Counted from the whole stretch's first letter, positions 1 through 12,431 are shown. The stretch is 58,066 nt of DNA, filler included, from Sluysia triapertura (GCA_046118255.1; 4 parts of 4 records of this genome joined end to end with filler, not necessarily neighbours in it); one strand, 5' to 3'. Translations and numbers: made by a program. The notes: generated from the sequence alone by a model not told the origin.

Positions 1-339
1 TGTAAGTTTATGATTGTGGTTCGATTTAAGAGAATAAACTATTAAATGAATGTTATCGATTGTTAGATATTAATTGCCAAAATGTGGTGTAAAATAGAGA
101 GTTTGGAAGTATTAGATGAATTATTTCGAATGAGTTTGTTGTTGGATTATTGTTATTGTCAGGTATTGTTTCTAGTGAATTAGTTAATGTTATTTAGTAA
201 TGTTAGGTTGAGGATATATTAATTTTTTTAGTAAAATTTTAATGAGTGTTGAGATTGCCCACTAAATTGCACATATTTGATTTGTAGTAAATTGTGTTAT
301 CATATCCTACATGAATAAAATTTCTGTATGTTTTGGACC

Positions 340-600
340 TCAGTATTTTTATCTATTATTTCACCAGAATTTTTTGAAGAAAGTATTTATTTTCCAACAT
401 TTTACATTATCTGTCACAATGTTTTTATACACTTTTGATTACTAGTTTTAATGTCCTTGAAAAATGTTCTTTAGTCTAATAATTTGGCCACTACTGTAGA
501 GCTCTCTACGATGCTGTAGTTCCATGTAAGAACTCATACTTCATATTTCGTTACACTAGATGGATCATGAAATGTGAGTACCCTGGTAGATGATACCATT
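340..600 (-). mobile_element. Degenerate Ty3/gypsy pol remnant (RT-RNase H connection and integrase fragments)
   Basis: Minus-strand translation gives SSTRVLTFHDPS (cf. gypsy SAPVLAHFDPS) near 596-560 and IVTDNVKCWKINTFFKKFW*NN (cf. integrase IVSDNGPQFTS..F..F....GI) near 420-355; stops and deletions present. Confidence 0.5.
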
Positions 601-948
601 ATTCAAAATATTTAAATTATTACTTTATTTGAAATATTATGATTATTCGAAGTGTATTTGTAGGTTGAAATATTTTATCGTTATATTATCAACGTTTTGT
701 ATACATCCTATACGTTTATGATTAAGTTTAAGCTTATATCTGATGGTACCGACACGGAAGTGCACATTAACTTATTTTGTCAGGATTTATCATTTTCAGT
801 TATTTGAATAACGATAAGTAAAAAAGAAAACATGATAATATATAGATTCAAAAATGAGCATGGAAGAATATATTAATTAAAGAAAATCTATACACATTAT
901 TATCTCTTCTCCAATTGGTTGAATATTACTATAAGTAGATATTAGTTT

Positions 949-1117
949 NNNNNNNNNNNNNNNNNNNNNNNNNNNNNNNNNNNNNNNNNNNNNNNNNNNN
1001 NNNNNNNNNNNNNNNNNNNNNNNNNNNNNNNNNNNNNNNNNNNNNNNNNNNNNNNNNNNNNNNNNNNNNNNNNNNNNNNNNNNNNNNNNNNNNNNNNNNN
1101 NNNNNNNNNNNNNNNNN
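949..1117. other. Assembly gap (169 N)
   Basis: Run of N; the ORF-track entry 929..1126 is an artefact of it. Confidence 0.99.
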
Positions 1118-1273
1118 AAATATCATTTTATAATTTATAATACTATTTAAATTGATTAAAATATTTATATTATTTAATCTTGGTTATGTTATTGATCATT
1201 ATTATTATTTATTGAACAAAATATTGAGATATAATTTTTGTATTTACGTACTAAATCATTTTTTATTTTGCAG

Positions 1274-1764
1274 AGGATATGCATTCGATACGGATAATGT
1301 TAATTTTCCACTCGATAACTTACGCTTTGTCGGTTTAATGTCCATGATTGATCCACCTCGAGCTGCGGTACCTGATGCGGTCAGCAAATGCCGATCAGCT
1401 GGTATCAAGGTGATTATGGTGACCGGTGATCATCCAATCACTGCCAAGGCCATCGCCAAAGGTGTTGGTATTATCAGTGAAGGCAGTAAAACGGTAGATG
1501 ATATTGCAGCGGATCGTGGTGTGTCACCTAGTGAAGTCAATCCACGCGAAGCTCGCGCTTGCGTAATTCATGGCTCAGATTTGAAAGAAATGACATCAGA
1601 ACAGTTAGATGAAATTCTGAGATTCCATTCTGAGATTGTGTTTGCTAGAACTAGTCCGCAACAAAAACTGATCATCGTGGAAGGTTGCCAGAGACAAGGT
1701 GCTATTGTGGCTGTAACTGGTGATGGTGTCAATGATTCACCTGCTCTGAAAAAAGCCGATATTG
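1274..1764 (+). CDS. ATP1A: Na+/K+-transporting ATPase alpha subunit (P-type IIC), internal coding exon (N/P domains)
   Basis: Motifs [61 protein letters not shown] and [18 protein letters not shown]. Acceptor ttttattttgcag ends at 1273; donor G|GTTAGA at 1765. Other exons not seen in the window. Confidence 0.96.
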
Positions 1765-1798
1765 GTTAGAATCTATATTTATTTGGATTCAAAAATGA

Positions 1799-2333
1799 AT
1801 ATTAATTGTATTGTTAAAAGTGTAAATATCAATTAAATAAAATAGCACATATTCGAAAATTTATTAATAAAGAAACAGTTTATTCATTGATAACTAGCAA
1901 CGTAGATTTTAACAATGGTTTATTGTACTCAATTTCATATAAAAAGTTGAAAAATTACAATTAATAATTAATCAAACAGCAAGACGAATTCTCCAAGTTG
2001 AAAGGAGATCTCATTCCTGCCAATAAAAACAAGAATAGAATTCAAAATCATGACAATAATTTACAAATGCTTACATTACGGAAGTGCTGAATATCTTTTA
2101 GAAATAATAAAAAATTGGAAAGCAAGATGAATATTTCATTGAGACATAACAATAATTTATACATAATCTACAATGAAAATAAGAGCTGGATGATGGGTTG
2201 TATACAATCAGTACTACCAGAAAATGTCAAATTACTGGAAGATTATGAAATATTTAAGAAAAAGGCAAAGTTCTTTCTATTTCAGAATTATTAGGTGAAT
2301 GATTTACCTTAAGCGCTTTTGAGTACTTACTTA

Positions 2334-2381
<48 letters not shown>

Positions 2382-2399
2382 CATTATTATTATTATTAT
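1799..2399 (+). mobile_element. 5'-truncated L2/CR1-group LINE (3' end of ORF2, 3' UTR and (TAT)n tail)
   Basis: Frameshifted translation KCKYQLNKIAHIRKFI..VYSLITSNVDFNNGLLYSI / EKLQLIINQTARRIL / FLPIKTRIEFKIMTIIYKCLH / LPENVK..FKKKAKFFLF* follows the L2 ORF2 C-terminus (SRLDYCNSLL, LQ.VQNAAAR, WLPV..RI.FK, FK..LKTHLF). It is followed by AAGCGCTTTTGAG and a TAT microsatellite. Confidence 0.85.
2334..2399 (+). repeat. (TAT)n microsatellite, probable LINE 3' tail
   Basis: About 21 TAT units with one CAT variant; explains the spurious poly-Tyr ORF 2319..2501. Confidence 0.95.
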
Positions 2400-2654
2400 G
2401 TCACATTATTATACTTGATTTTTGTTACTAAAGTGTTTATTTATTCATTTTTATGTAAAGTAACACACACGTTGTACACGAGTTGTAAATTAAAAAAATA
2501 AATTTTCAGGGATAAGTAAATAATTAATTAATTAATTAATTAATTAAATTAAATAAATAACTAATTGATAAATAACTCAGATTGCATTTATAAAAGAGCA
2601 TTTAATAGAGATCCTCATTAAGCAGTATTACTATTTAGATTAAGTATTAACTTA

Positions 2655-2760
2655 TACAGTTACATGAACGCCCTCTTTAAGACATAAGACGTTTACTGTA
2701 ACAGGGCCCTACTCGAAAAATATTTTGTTGTAGGTTAAGAGTTAGAAAAAACCACAGCAG
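2655..2760 (+). repeat. Dispersed repeat family A (3' end of candidate LTR)
   Basis: GACGTTTACTGTAAC...GTAGGTTAAG.GTTAGAAAAACCACAGCA recurs at 17683-17752 (+) and, inverted, at 20481-20580. Confidence 0.75.
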
Positions 2761-3210
2761 AAAAATAAAATCAACAATCATCATCAATAGATTCAATATG
2801 ATTGATTTAGATACAGAGGTAGCATCAGCAAACAGAAAAATATCTGTATGAAAACTGTTTAGGAAAAAATTTCATTGGAAATCGATTATGAAATGAAGTT
2901 GGAAAAAGATTAAAACAAATGATAAGTCTGATAATATAATATTATCACATTATATTGGCAATCATTCAGTGAGAAAAGTTATCATAAAATTGTAGAAAAA
3001 TGTGAATGTGCAAAGATTAGATTATTCAATTATTATTTTTAACCAATAAATTTCTTTTTTGTTTTGGAATGCATTTATTTCTTATATTAGACCTATGCTT
3101 ATGACAATTCAAAACAAAATTTAACTATTATTTTATTAATATTAACATGAAATATATACTGTAAAACAAAATGCACTATGACCCAGACATTTATAAATAT
3201 TGTTTTATTT

Positions 3211-4299
3211 TTAATAATTGTTTTGTTGTACCAGACAATCTTTATTTCTTTGAAATATTTCTCGAATGATTTGTAAAAAAATTGATCGAAATGTTTTATT
3301 CGATAGTACATAAATGAAAAAGTTGATAAAACTATCTATATAAATGCATGAATTTGCTACCAACAATAAAATTTGATCCACATCTTTCATTCGATGTTTT
3401 CGAAGGTAGTACTCAAGAATTTTTGAAAAGAACGATGGAGTTTCGAGTATAAAAAACGTACTACAAACCAAAAATATTAATCGATCACCTAGTAGGGGAT
3501 TACATTTTTTACGAGCAGTAGCATTCTTTTTACGAAATTGTTTCATTTTTCGAATAACTTGAACAACATAAAACGACAAAACGCAAACAATGATTATCGG
3601 TCCTCCGGATTGAAAAAGAAAACATATTATACCACGATGAACAATTCGATAAACCGAATTTTCGAGCAAAAGTGATGAATTTCGACTAATAATCCAAAAT
3701 TTTGAATTGTAACAAAGAAAATAATTCCATTCGAAAAGACGAGGAATTGTCATACATATTGATACAGTTAAAATTAAAAATTCCCATTTGTATATTGTGT
3801 GTTTTCGAATATGCTTCATGGCACCAACTGGCAAACAAACTGACTCATAACGATGTACAGCCAATAAAATTATATTCCAATTTCGACTAATTAAAAGTGC
3901 AGACATCATAGCACTTAATATAAGCTGTGATTCGATTAATAAAATGGCAGCTGCAAATGTGAATACTTGTCGGTGTGGAATTATCGATTCCATCGATAAA
4001 CGATCGTGAAGTGATTTTAAAAATACAGTTGCATTAAAAACAGCTTCACAAACAGTAAAACATTTAAAAATAATACTCATTGGTGAATTACGCCATGATC
4101 GATGACGATAAACGATTTGTGCGACAATATTTAAAATAATATTCGAAAATGATAAAATAATCGTTGTATAATTGTAAATATTGAATATTCTGTTCGCAAT
4201 TTCAGTTTGTTTCATTTGGGAATCCGAATAATTAGTTTGGTTTCGAATTACTGACGAATTGGTATGTGTAATTGAACAATTCCAATAATTAATCAACAT
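3211..4299 (-). CDS. Intronless rhodopsin-class (class A) GPCR, FMRFamide/sex-peptide-receptor-like or Srw-like, about 362 aa
   Basis: ATG at 4299 in GCCGCCATG context; N-terminal N-glycosylation sequons (NCS, NSS, NQT, NYS); seven hydrophobic segments; LLAVHRYESVCLP (DRY region), IPRLFE after TM4, FFILETP (TM6), INFFIY (NPxxY position), FR helix 8. Confidence 0.92.
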   Translation of the reverse strand: MLINYWNCSITHTNSSVIRNQTNYSDSQMKQTEIANRIFNIYNYTTIILSFSNIILNIVAQIVYRHRSWRNSPMSIIFKCFTVCEAVFNATVFLKSLHDRLSMESIIPHRQVFTFAAAILLIESQLILSAMMSALLISRNWNIILLAVHRYESVCLPVGAMKHIRKHTIYKWEFLILTVSICMTIPRLFEWNYFLCYNSKFWIISRNSSLLLENSVYRIVHRGIICFLFQSGGPIIIVCVLSFYVVQVIRKMKQFRKKNATARKKCNPLLGDRLIFLVCSTFFILETPSFFSKILEYYLRKHRMKDVDQILLLVANSCIYIDSFINFFIYVLSNKTFRSIFLQIIREIFQRNKDCLVQQNNY

Positions 4300-5959
4300 G
4301 GCGGCCAAATGGCTATAAGTAATATAGTTAGTAAATGATGTCTATTAAAATATAATTATAATAAAATTATGATTATAATTATTAAAAATTGTTATAATTA
4401 TCAAATTATAATTTTATTATAAAATTACTAATCTATCTTTAAAACATTTTTCTGCTTCTGATCTACGTTAAACACTAAAAAAATTAAATAATGAATTAAA
4501 ATTCAATTTTAATTATAAAACAATGAATTGAAAATATTACGAAGAATTAAAATAACAAAAAAATCTAATTATAAATTCTAATTTTAATTCTATTGTTGAA
4601 AACAATATTTTTTAATTTTGATTTATAATATTTAATGTAAGATCAATATTTGTAGATAAAGAAATTCAAAGACTGAGAGATGAAATCATTAAATAAATAT
4701 TAATTTAATTACATAAATTGGATTAATAATAATTAAATTATAAAATTAATGTAGAAATTTAATTAATAATAAAATATAATATAAAAGTTATGAAACTTGT
4801 GTTATATTAATTATAAATAATATTAATAGTGCTCAGTTTTTCTTACTTAGTCTTACGAATAAGGTAGAAGATTTTCTTATGGTGAGTTCACCAACGTATT
4901 AGACTTACCAATTAGGGTTAGCATTGGATTTTCAAGTCAAATAAAATTATAAAATTTAATATGGAGATTACTTATCAGGCTTTGTCTAAAAATTTATGAC
5001 ATTATTAAAGGTTAATCTTAATAGTTATTAAATGTGATTTTACGAAAATCCTATGAAAAGGATTCGTATTAAGTGTATCAGAATGAAATTCGGACAAAAC
5101 ATATATAATTTATTATTTTAAAACTATGTAATTTACTAAATGTATCTTTTTACAAAAATCAAAATTAAGCAAAAGATGATTATATATTGCAATAAGGACA
5201 ATTATTACAGAAAAAACGATTACAATATGCATATGAATGATTTTTCGTAATTAACTATTATAAGTTAATCTAATTTAATAATTTTTAAGATAATATTTTA
5301 CGATAGAACCGTGAAAGGGTTCTATATATAATTCAAAAGTAATTTAAGTCTACATTACGATAGATACGTAAAAGTATTTGTACCTTATAAAAATAAACTA
5401 ATGTTGGAAGCAAAGAAAATCTTGATTAGTTTTGGCTCTTTACTGTGATTAATAAATTTTGGTTAACGAATTTTGGTTGTTAACTTTTGCTAGTCAAATT
5501 TTGATTGTGAAGAACAAATTTTTCGTAAAACAACTTTAGTTTATCTAAAACAAATTTTTGCTTGTGTGATTTGTACAAAATTTTTTCCATATATATAGTG
5601 ATTTTGTTTGTCCTTGAACGATATTTAAACAATAGTATTTATTTTACAAATCAATTTAATTTACAAATTAGTCAATATTTTACAAATTAACAATTTACAA
5701 ATTAATAATTAATAAAATACTTACATTTTAATATTTAATTCAATATTTTTTTCAAATTAAATCCAAATTATAATATAAACAGAATAATATTTTTAATAAA
5801 CAGAATTAAAAATCAATAAAGTATTATAATAGTAACAAAATATGTGTGTATCAAATGTTGATGTCTATTATTATTATTAACAATAGAATTAATACTTGAA
5901 AATCAATAAAAATAATAATAAAAATGATAATAATAATAATAAATATTGTTGCATATGTA

Positions 5960-6472
5960 GGGTTTTGAACGTCCCGGGGAAAGTAAAATTTGGCGCCGTT
6001 TCATACAACACTACAAATTTACTGCGAATTAAAAAATCAAAATTACATAATAAAGAACTGTGTAAAAAATTATTAATTTAAAAAATAATACAATACAACA
6101 CATAAAATAACATAACAAGCACATTTGAAGTTTGAGTGACGAAAGAGCGAGAACTTTGAAAAGTAAGTTATGTTAGTCATGTTGCATAAGTATGACAGAA
6201 GATTTTTTGTAATGCTATTTGTCAAAAATTCAATAACATAGTTAATTAAATTAATTTTCTTTTGAAAATCAGTTTGTAAACAGATTACAATATTAAAATA
6301 ATTATTAAAGAAAAAAATTTATTGCTTGCTAAAAAAATCGATGTCTCATGATAAATGAACGATTTTAATTTATAAAATCTAAAAAAATAATGAGTGTAAA
6401 AATATTTTATTTTTATATCGGCGCCCCTAAAAATTTGGCGCCCCAGGCAGTGGCTCGGCTTGCCCGCCCGTA
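5960..6472. mobile_element. Degenerate hAT-type non-autonomous element ends
   Basis: Two GC-rich islands in AT-rich DNA share AAAATTTGGCGCC (about 5985 and 6429); GGCGCCCC..GGCAGTGGCTCGGCTTGCCC resembles hAT subterminal motifs. No clean TIR or TSD. Confidence 0.4.
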
Positions 6473-6829
6473 TTTAGGATAATTTTTAGGAAATCGAGAA
6501 TTAGATTTAATTTATTAATAATTACTTAATTAATAATTATTAATTTAATAATAATAATTATTATTAATTATTAACAATAATTAATTTAATAATTAATAAT
6601 TAATAATTATTCCTTCGAGTCGATTTTAAGCTGACCAATTTCAATAACTAAAATTTAATAATTTTCGTCGAATTTCTAACTTATTATCACCCAAAAATTG
6701 TGCAATGCGTTTTGTGACAAACAAACTCTGAACTAATTCAAAATAATAAAATCCAAATTTGACATAATGCATTGTTACAATAATATGTTGGGGTACAGAC
6801 TAATAATGATAATATAATTGACTATAATA

Positions 6830-7330
6830 AAACAAATGTGTTAGACGAGGCAGAGCATCGAAGTACATCAATTTTATGTCATATTTGTTGCCAAAACATA
6901 AGTTATTATAACTGTTCGGAGTCTGGAATAGTACCCATATAACAGGACCTTATGGTAGTGATTTATTCGATTAATAGATTATTATATAAAATGCCTCATT
7001 TGTCGACACTTTGTTTGAAATATGAATTATGAATGATGAAACGACTATTAGTACTCTTCTTTTTAAATGATCAGATCAATAATTCCAATTTTAAATTTGT
7101 TCCTCTAATTTCTAGTACTACTTTTAGTGCATCTTCATCTCCTTAGGCACTGATATTATCTTTAACAATACCATATCATTATCAATTCGCTGTTCAAGTT
7201 CTTCTCCTGTCATGTTCTACAACGGTTACGGAATCCTTCTGACGGAAATAACTTATTGTGAATTGTATATTTGTGTCCAATCCAATTTATGAACATGCTT
7301 AAACAAAACCATGTGGAAAATATCAATATT
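6830..7330 (-). mobile_element. Degenerate Ty3/gypsy pol remnant (RT start and RNase H fragments)
   Basis: Minus-strand fragments SVRRIP*PL*NMTGEELEQRIDNDM (cf. RRVPFAL..V..EL.R), YHKVLLYG (cf. FHKYLYG), KYDIKLMYFDALPRL (cf. YDF.I.Y..ADALSRL). Confidence 0.5.
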
Positions 7331-10300
7331 CACAGAAAAAGATTCTTGGGATCTTTTAATAATCATGCAGTGTCCCTTAAAGATCATAAGGTGCATTCGA
7401 GAAATTCAACGAGCTAGTAGACAAAGACAGGGAGAAAGATTAAAGTGATATTAATGGTGCTACGATACTACCTTCTTTTAGATTAATTTTAGATGAAATT
7501 TGATTTTTAAACAAATTAGATAATAACTTAGTCTTCCTAATTTTGCAAGTAATATATTACTATTACTATAATTATAATAATTATTATAAATATTAATTAA
7601 TCAATCATTTTATCATTTAAATTTTCATTTTTTACAGTTATGAAAAATGCATACTGATCAAGAATAAAAACCATGCAAAAAATTCCAGATAACAAAATCA
7701 TAACAAATTTATTATATCATGAGAAAAAAGAAATATCTTAGTCACTCAATCGTTGAAATATTCCCAGGTTTGAAGAAACTTGGTGATTTTTGGTCGAAAA
7801 ATTCTTCAAATCTAAGTTGTTTTTGTCTTTTCTCTTTAAACACAACAAATCATTCTGGTGGCGTTTAAATGTTGATTAAAATAGAAAAGGAGTAGATGCC
7901 GGAAATGTTCATTTTTATCTACCTGACATACTCCATTTTAATGAGGATAATGAAAGTGAAGGTTAGTCTAAAATGATTTAAATAGATAATTCAGCTGAAT
8001 GAATATAAATCAAATCAGTTAAAACAAGAAGTTGTGTTTTCTATGCAGCAAATAAAACCGCACGAATTTATGCACCAACCCAAAATGTAGTAATATATTT
8101 ATTTACTTTTATTATTAAAATTAAAACAAATAAAATTATCTGTTTATTTTTCAGCTTTGTTAAATTAATAATGATACTTTATGTCATTGTGTAAAAATAT
8201 AAAGAATATTCATAATTGACAATTTATACAATATTTTTCTTCAATTTTATTTCCAATGTATCATTAAAAATTATCCAATATTACAATTCATTAATTTTTA
8301 TCAAATTAAATTATATTTATTTATTTATTTATTTAATAATAATTTTTTGTGAAATAATTATTAAGAATAGTAATTCTAAAAGGCTAGGCTTATTATTTGA
8401 AGGTTCTGCCATTGTTTTAAAGGTTCTTCCTCTTTAAAGTAAGAGAATTTTTGTTAAGGTTTTATTTTATTAAGAAAAACATCAAAGATAATGATGTACA
8501 AAAGAATATATTGTGACTTATGGATGCTTTTTTAAAGACATCCAGAAGCATAAAGAAAATACAGTGCACATTGCACTATATGTTGATTTAGTAGAACTGG
8601 AAATGGACAGATGTGTGGAAATTATGAAACCATTTTCAAGTTTTGAGATCCTTGAGGACTTTTTGAATAATAAGATCTTTCAAATATTTAAGAATCTTTA
8701 AGAATTAAGTAATCTTATAAAGTATTAAGATCTTTCAAATACATTGAAATTTTTGTGGCACTAATAATCATTATAGTTATAATTATAATCAATATAAATT
8801 ATAATTAAGATCAGTCCGAAAAGTCAAAATTCGATTTAAAATATTATTATTATTATTACTATTATTATTATTGCTAAGTCGTAAGTAGCAATAAGAATGC
8901 TAATTCTAATATCTGATATTTTGTTCTGAAATTTGTTTATTAAGATATGATAAAAATTAATAATTAAAATTTAATAAGTGGTAATTTAAATATGATTTTT
9001 CTACTGTATACTGAAAACAGTATCCTAAATCACTTAGTCTAATTATAAATTTACTTATAGTATTCCTTATCTAAATTTTAGACAACATACAATAAGTTTA
9101 CAAATGTAATAATAATGGATAACAAATAATAATGGTCAGTACAATAAAATAATAATCGGTACAATAAATTAATAATACAATAAATTTACTAATTATAAAA
9201 ATAAAGTTTAGAAGATTAATATATAATCAAAGTATTATATTTTAACAATAATTTTAGTTTGCAAGACTATTTTAGAAAGTCTTTAAAAATTAATTAAATT
9301 TTAGCTATATTTTACTACCTAGTTATAATAGGTTGCCTTAAGAAATACAAACTAACGATAAATTGAAACGTAGCTGCAGAATGACATTAAAATTTCAAAG
9401 GCATTGACTGGAAAAGAATAATCTCTAGATAATTATTAAACTCGAAGAAAATTGTGAATTAAAATGTTGTGTGAGTTATTTGTAAAATCACGCATTTATA
9501 TACTAATCTAAGTATGACCTTAAGAAGCATATTTAAATACGAATAATAAGTTTGAACAATAAATTTAATATAATTCAGTGTACAAACAATAAATTTTAAT
9601 ATTAAATAAATTACTGTTTTATTCAAAATTTAATAAATTTCTAATTTCTAAATCTAAATATTATTAATTATATACATATTTGATACATATTTCTAAATTT
9701 GTAAATACATACTGGACATAAAATATTGGATATTATTGATTCTTTATTTCTTTATTTCTAAATTAAACATTAAATTTATCATTAAAATTTTGTACTTAAT
9801 TAATTAACATTAACATTCTAATTAACATTCAATTCATTAACAAATGTTATAAAAACATTTCCTAATTAAACCCAACGACTAAGTATGGTTCCTCAGAGAA
9901 TATGAATAGAAATTAACACCGAGTTTAGTGTGATCCTTAAATAGAAACTAAACTTTTGTTTAAATTAAGTGTACTTTTGCTAAGAGAACCTGTTTACGAT
10001 TAATATTTTACTTTGGTTATTTAATTAAAGAGAACCAGAATATTTAAAATTTAAAAGGAATTTTAACGATTCTTATATTCTAAATAGAACCAATAATATC
10101 TTATTAAAATTTTACTCAGATTCCTTATTAAATGGCATCGACAAAATGAATAATTTACTATGGTTCTTTAATTAAATAGAACCGTAAATCCTTTTTCTAA
10201 TATTTCGTTATCAAGTTTAAATTCTGAACAAAAATTATAACACAAATCATTAAATGAAACTTTATTAGGAAACTGTGAATATGTTATTACAATTAAATAA

Positions 10301-10740
10301 AAATTAATTATATATATAAATTATAAAATTTATTCGATCTTCTTTTAAATCAGAAAATCTTTTGTGATGTAAAGTTAGAAAATAAAATTTTTGTGGTGGC
10401 AAACCTTTTCATTTAAAATTTAAATCATTATTACAAATACTTTAACATTTAACATTTTACTTCTTCAGATTCATTAAAATCTTTTTACATTTCAAAACAT
10501 TGTAAATTCACAATCTCATAACATTAAAATCATACTTACATTCAAAACCATTAATGTATATTTCAAATTTTAGAACATTTTAAGTTCGCAATTGTTCATT
10601 CTCTCTAAGTTGTAAAGTACAACAATAGATGTAAAATAAATAATAAAACAAAACAGAATTTTAAAAAAGTTAAAATTAGTAACTCAAATAAAGAACGTAT
10701 AGAGTGTATGTAAAATTAAACAATTTTTTATTTAAATAAT

Positions 10741-11288
10741 ATGTTGGAATTTATCGTAAATCGTCGTAAATCGTCAAATTTATTACCATTACCGAAAGCG
10801 GAATTTTTTAGACTATCTCCTTCGCGTGCTAAACGATCTTTTTCAAATTTATTAAGTCGATGTAGTAAGAAATCGCAGGATGATTCACTGTTTATTACTG
10901 GTTTCACATCAGCTCTTCAAAAGTATTTGTTTTGTTCGATTAAAATTTTCAAAGTTGCTCAATCTAATCCAAGAAATTTATTATCGGAAATATGATTAAA
11001 ATTGACTACATTAAAAACTACCAATCGTATTAATATGTCTGATAATGAATACTATTACAAAGACACAGATGATGTTATTATGAAGTGCTTAATTTTAAAA
11101 GAAACGTTTTAACATTATTGGAGTTGAGTAATTCCGGAAAAACAATTCGTCAAACTGTTTGTTTCACTATTTGGGATTTGATTAATTATAAAACTTTAAT
11201 TTCATGTTCTTTCTCAAATCGAGTACGATCAATAACTTCGTTTGTTTCAGATATACAAAAGTTATTCTATTGTAATCATAAAGGGTAA
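10741..11288 (+). pseudogene. Coding-like segment with stop and frameshift, unknown product
   Basis: Two successive ORFs (84 and 67 aa) with CpG-richer, protein-like composition; possible donor G|GTAAGA at about 11285; no recognisable family. Confidence 0.3.
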
Positions 11289-11413
11289 GATCTTTCTTAA
11301 CCATAACAATCAAACATGATTAATTGAACCATGTTCTATGATGTAAATAATAGTTTAATGTCTTTATTATGCAGGATTGATATGTCATATCGAAATAAAA
11401 GCAGAACAAATAG

Positions 11414-11894
11414 ATTAAAAAATGTTTAGATGCTATAATGAATAAAGATGAAGAATTCCATATTTCACATAATGATAATCAATTAGTTAGTGTACCATTA
11501 GACGTGGCTTTGACAAGTCAACATAAAGGTGATGTTAATATAAGCTATAATTGGAAAGTAATGTATCCATCTCATACGGACAAATATGGGACATGCCTCA
11601 GATTCGGTGCATTGTGTTGCTACTATCACAGTATCTCAGAACTGTGTATAGATTTCTCCACATATGATGTCTTTTGTGATCATATTGAACGTGTCAGTCA
11701 TTTATTTGCCTCTATTCAAGCTAATCGATCACATCCTGATCCTACAGATAACAACGACCAGAAGAACATTCTTGATGTGGTTAAGTTGAATGTTATCACT
11801 AAAGATCCAGCACTCAGTGTAAATTTGATTTTTTACATTCATGAAACATATTATTATAATTTTTATTATTTAGAATGATCCACTTCAAAGATAG
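11414..11894 (+). CDS. Unknown protein (or pseudogene) exon(s); candidate paralogue of the ORF at 48962
   Basis: Open frame 11414-11818, candidate 55-nt GT-AG intron 11819-11873, then NDPLQR*. A 146-aa ORF is unlikely by chance at this AT content. Confidence 0.5.
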
Positions 11895-12331
11895 ACCAGT
11901 GGTTCAGAATATTAATGTATTCATATATTCACAAACTTAGCAAATTATAAACTTTTTAGTGTTACATGTTTATTCAATGTGACAATAAATAAAAGCTTGT
12001 GTTGTGTTTAATAAATATAATTTTTAAAGAATTTAATCGAAATTATAGTAAAATATATTTTTATAATATTAAACAAAAATTTTAATCCTGTGATGTTTAA
12101 TGAAATAGTTAATAATAATAAATTAACCAAAAACAATTATATTTCATTTAGTCCCAAAATTTTATCTTGCTATCAATCTAAACCAGAGCGAATATATTAA
12201 CGAAACATTTTAAGTCGATTTTAAATGTTTGCTTAAAAACTTATAAAAACTTAGTGTAAATATTATTTATGAACAATTATGTTATATGGTGTTGAAATAA
12301 CAATTTTATTTTATTAAATATTATGCATATT

Positions 12332-12431
12332 NNNNNNNNNNNNNNNNNNNNNNNNNNNNNNNNNNNNNNNNNNNNTTAATTAATTAANNNNNNNNNNNNN
12401 NNNNNNNNNNNNNNNNNNNNNNNNNNNNNNN
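12332..12431. other. Artificial 100-nt contig spacer (44N-TTAATTAATTAA-44N)
   Basis: Identical structure at 26544-26643 and 43222-43321; the 12-mer has stops in all six frames. Confidence 0.97.

Noticed and set aside
1152-1273. N-terminal extension of the ATPase ORF
   Set aside because: AT-rich intron sequence upstream of the acceptor that happens to be open.
2319-2501. Poly-tyrosine ORF
   Set aside because: Translation of a (TAT)n microsatellite.
12376-12387. TTAATTAATTAA as a biological motif or CRISPR-like repeat
   Set aside because: Embedded symmetrically in N runs; assembly stuffer. No CRISPR array or prokaryotic operon is seen anywhere in the window.
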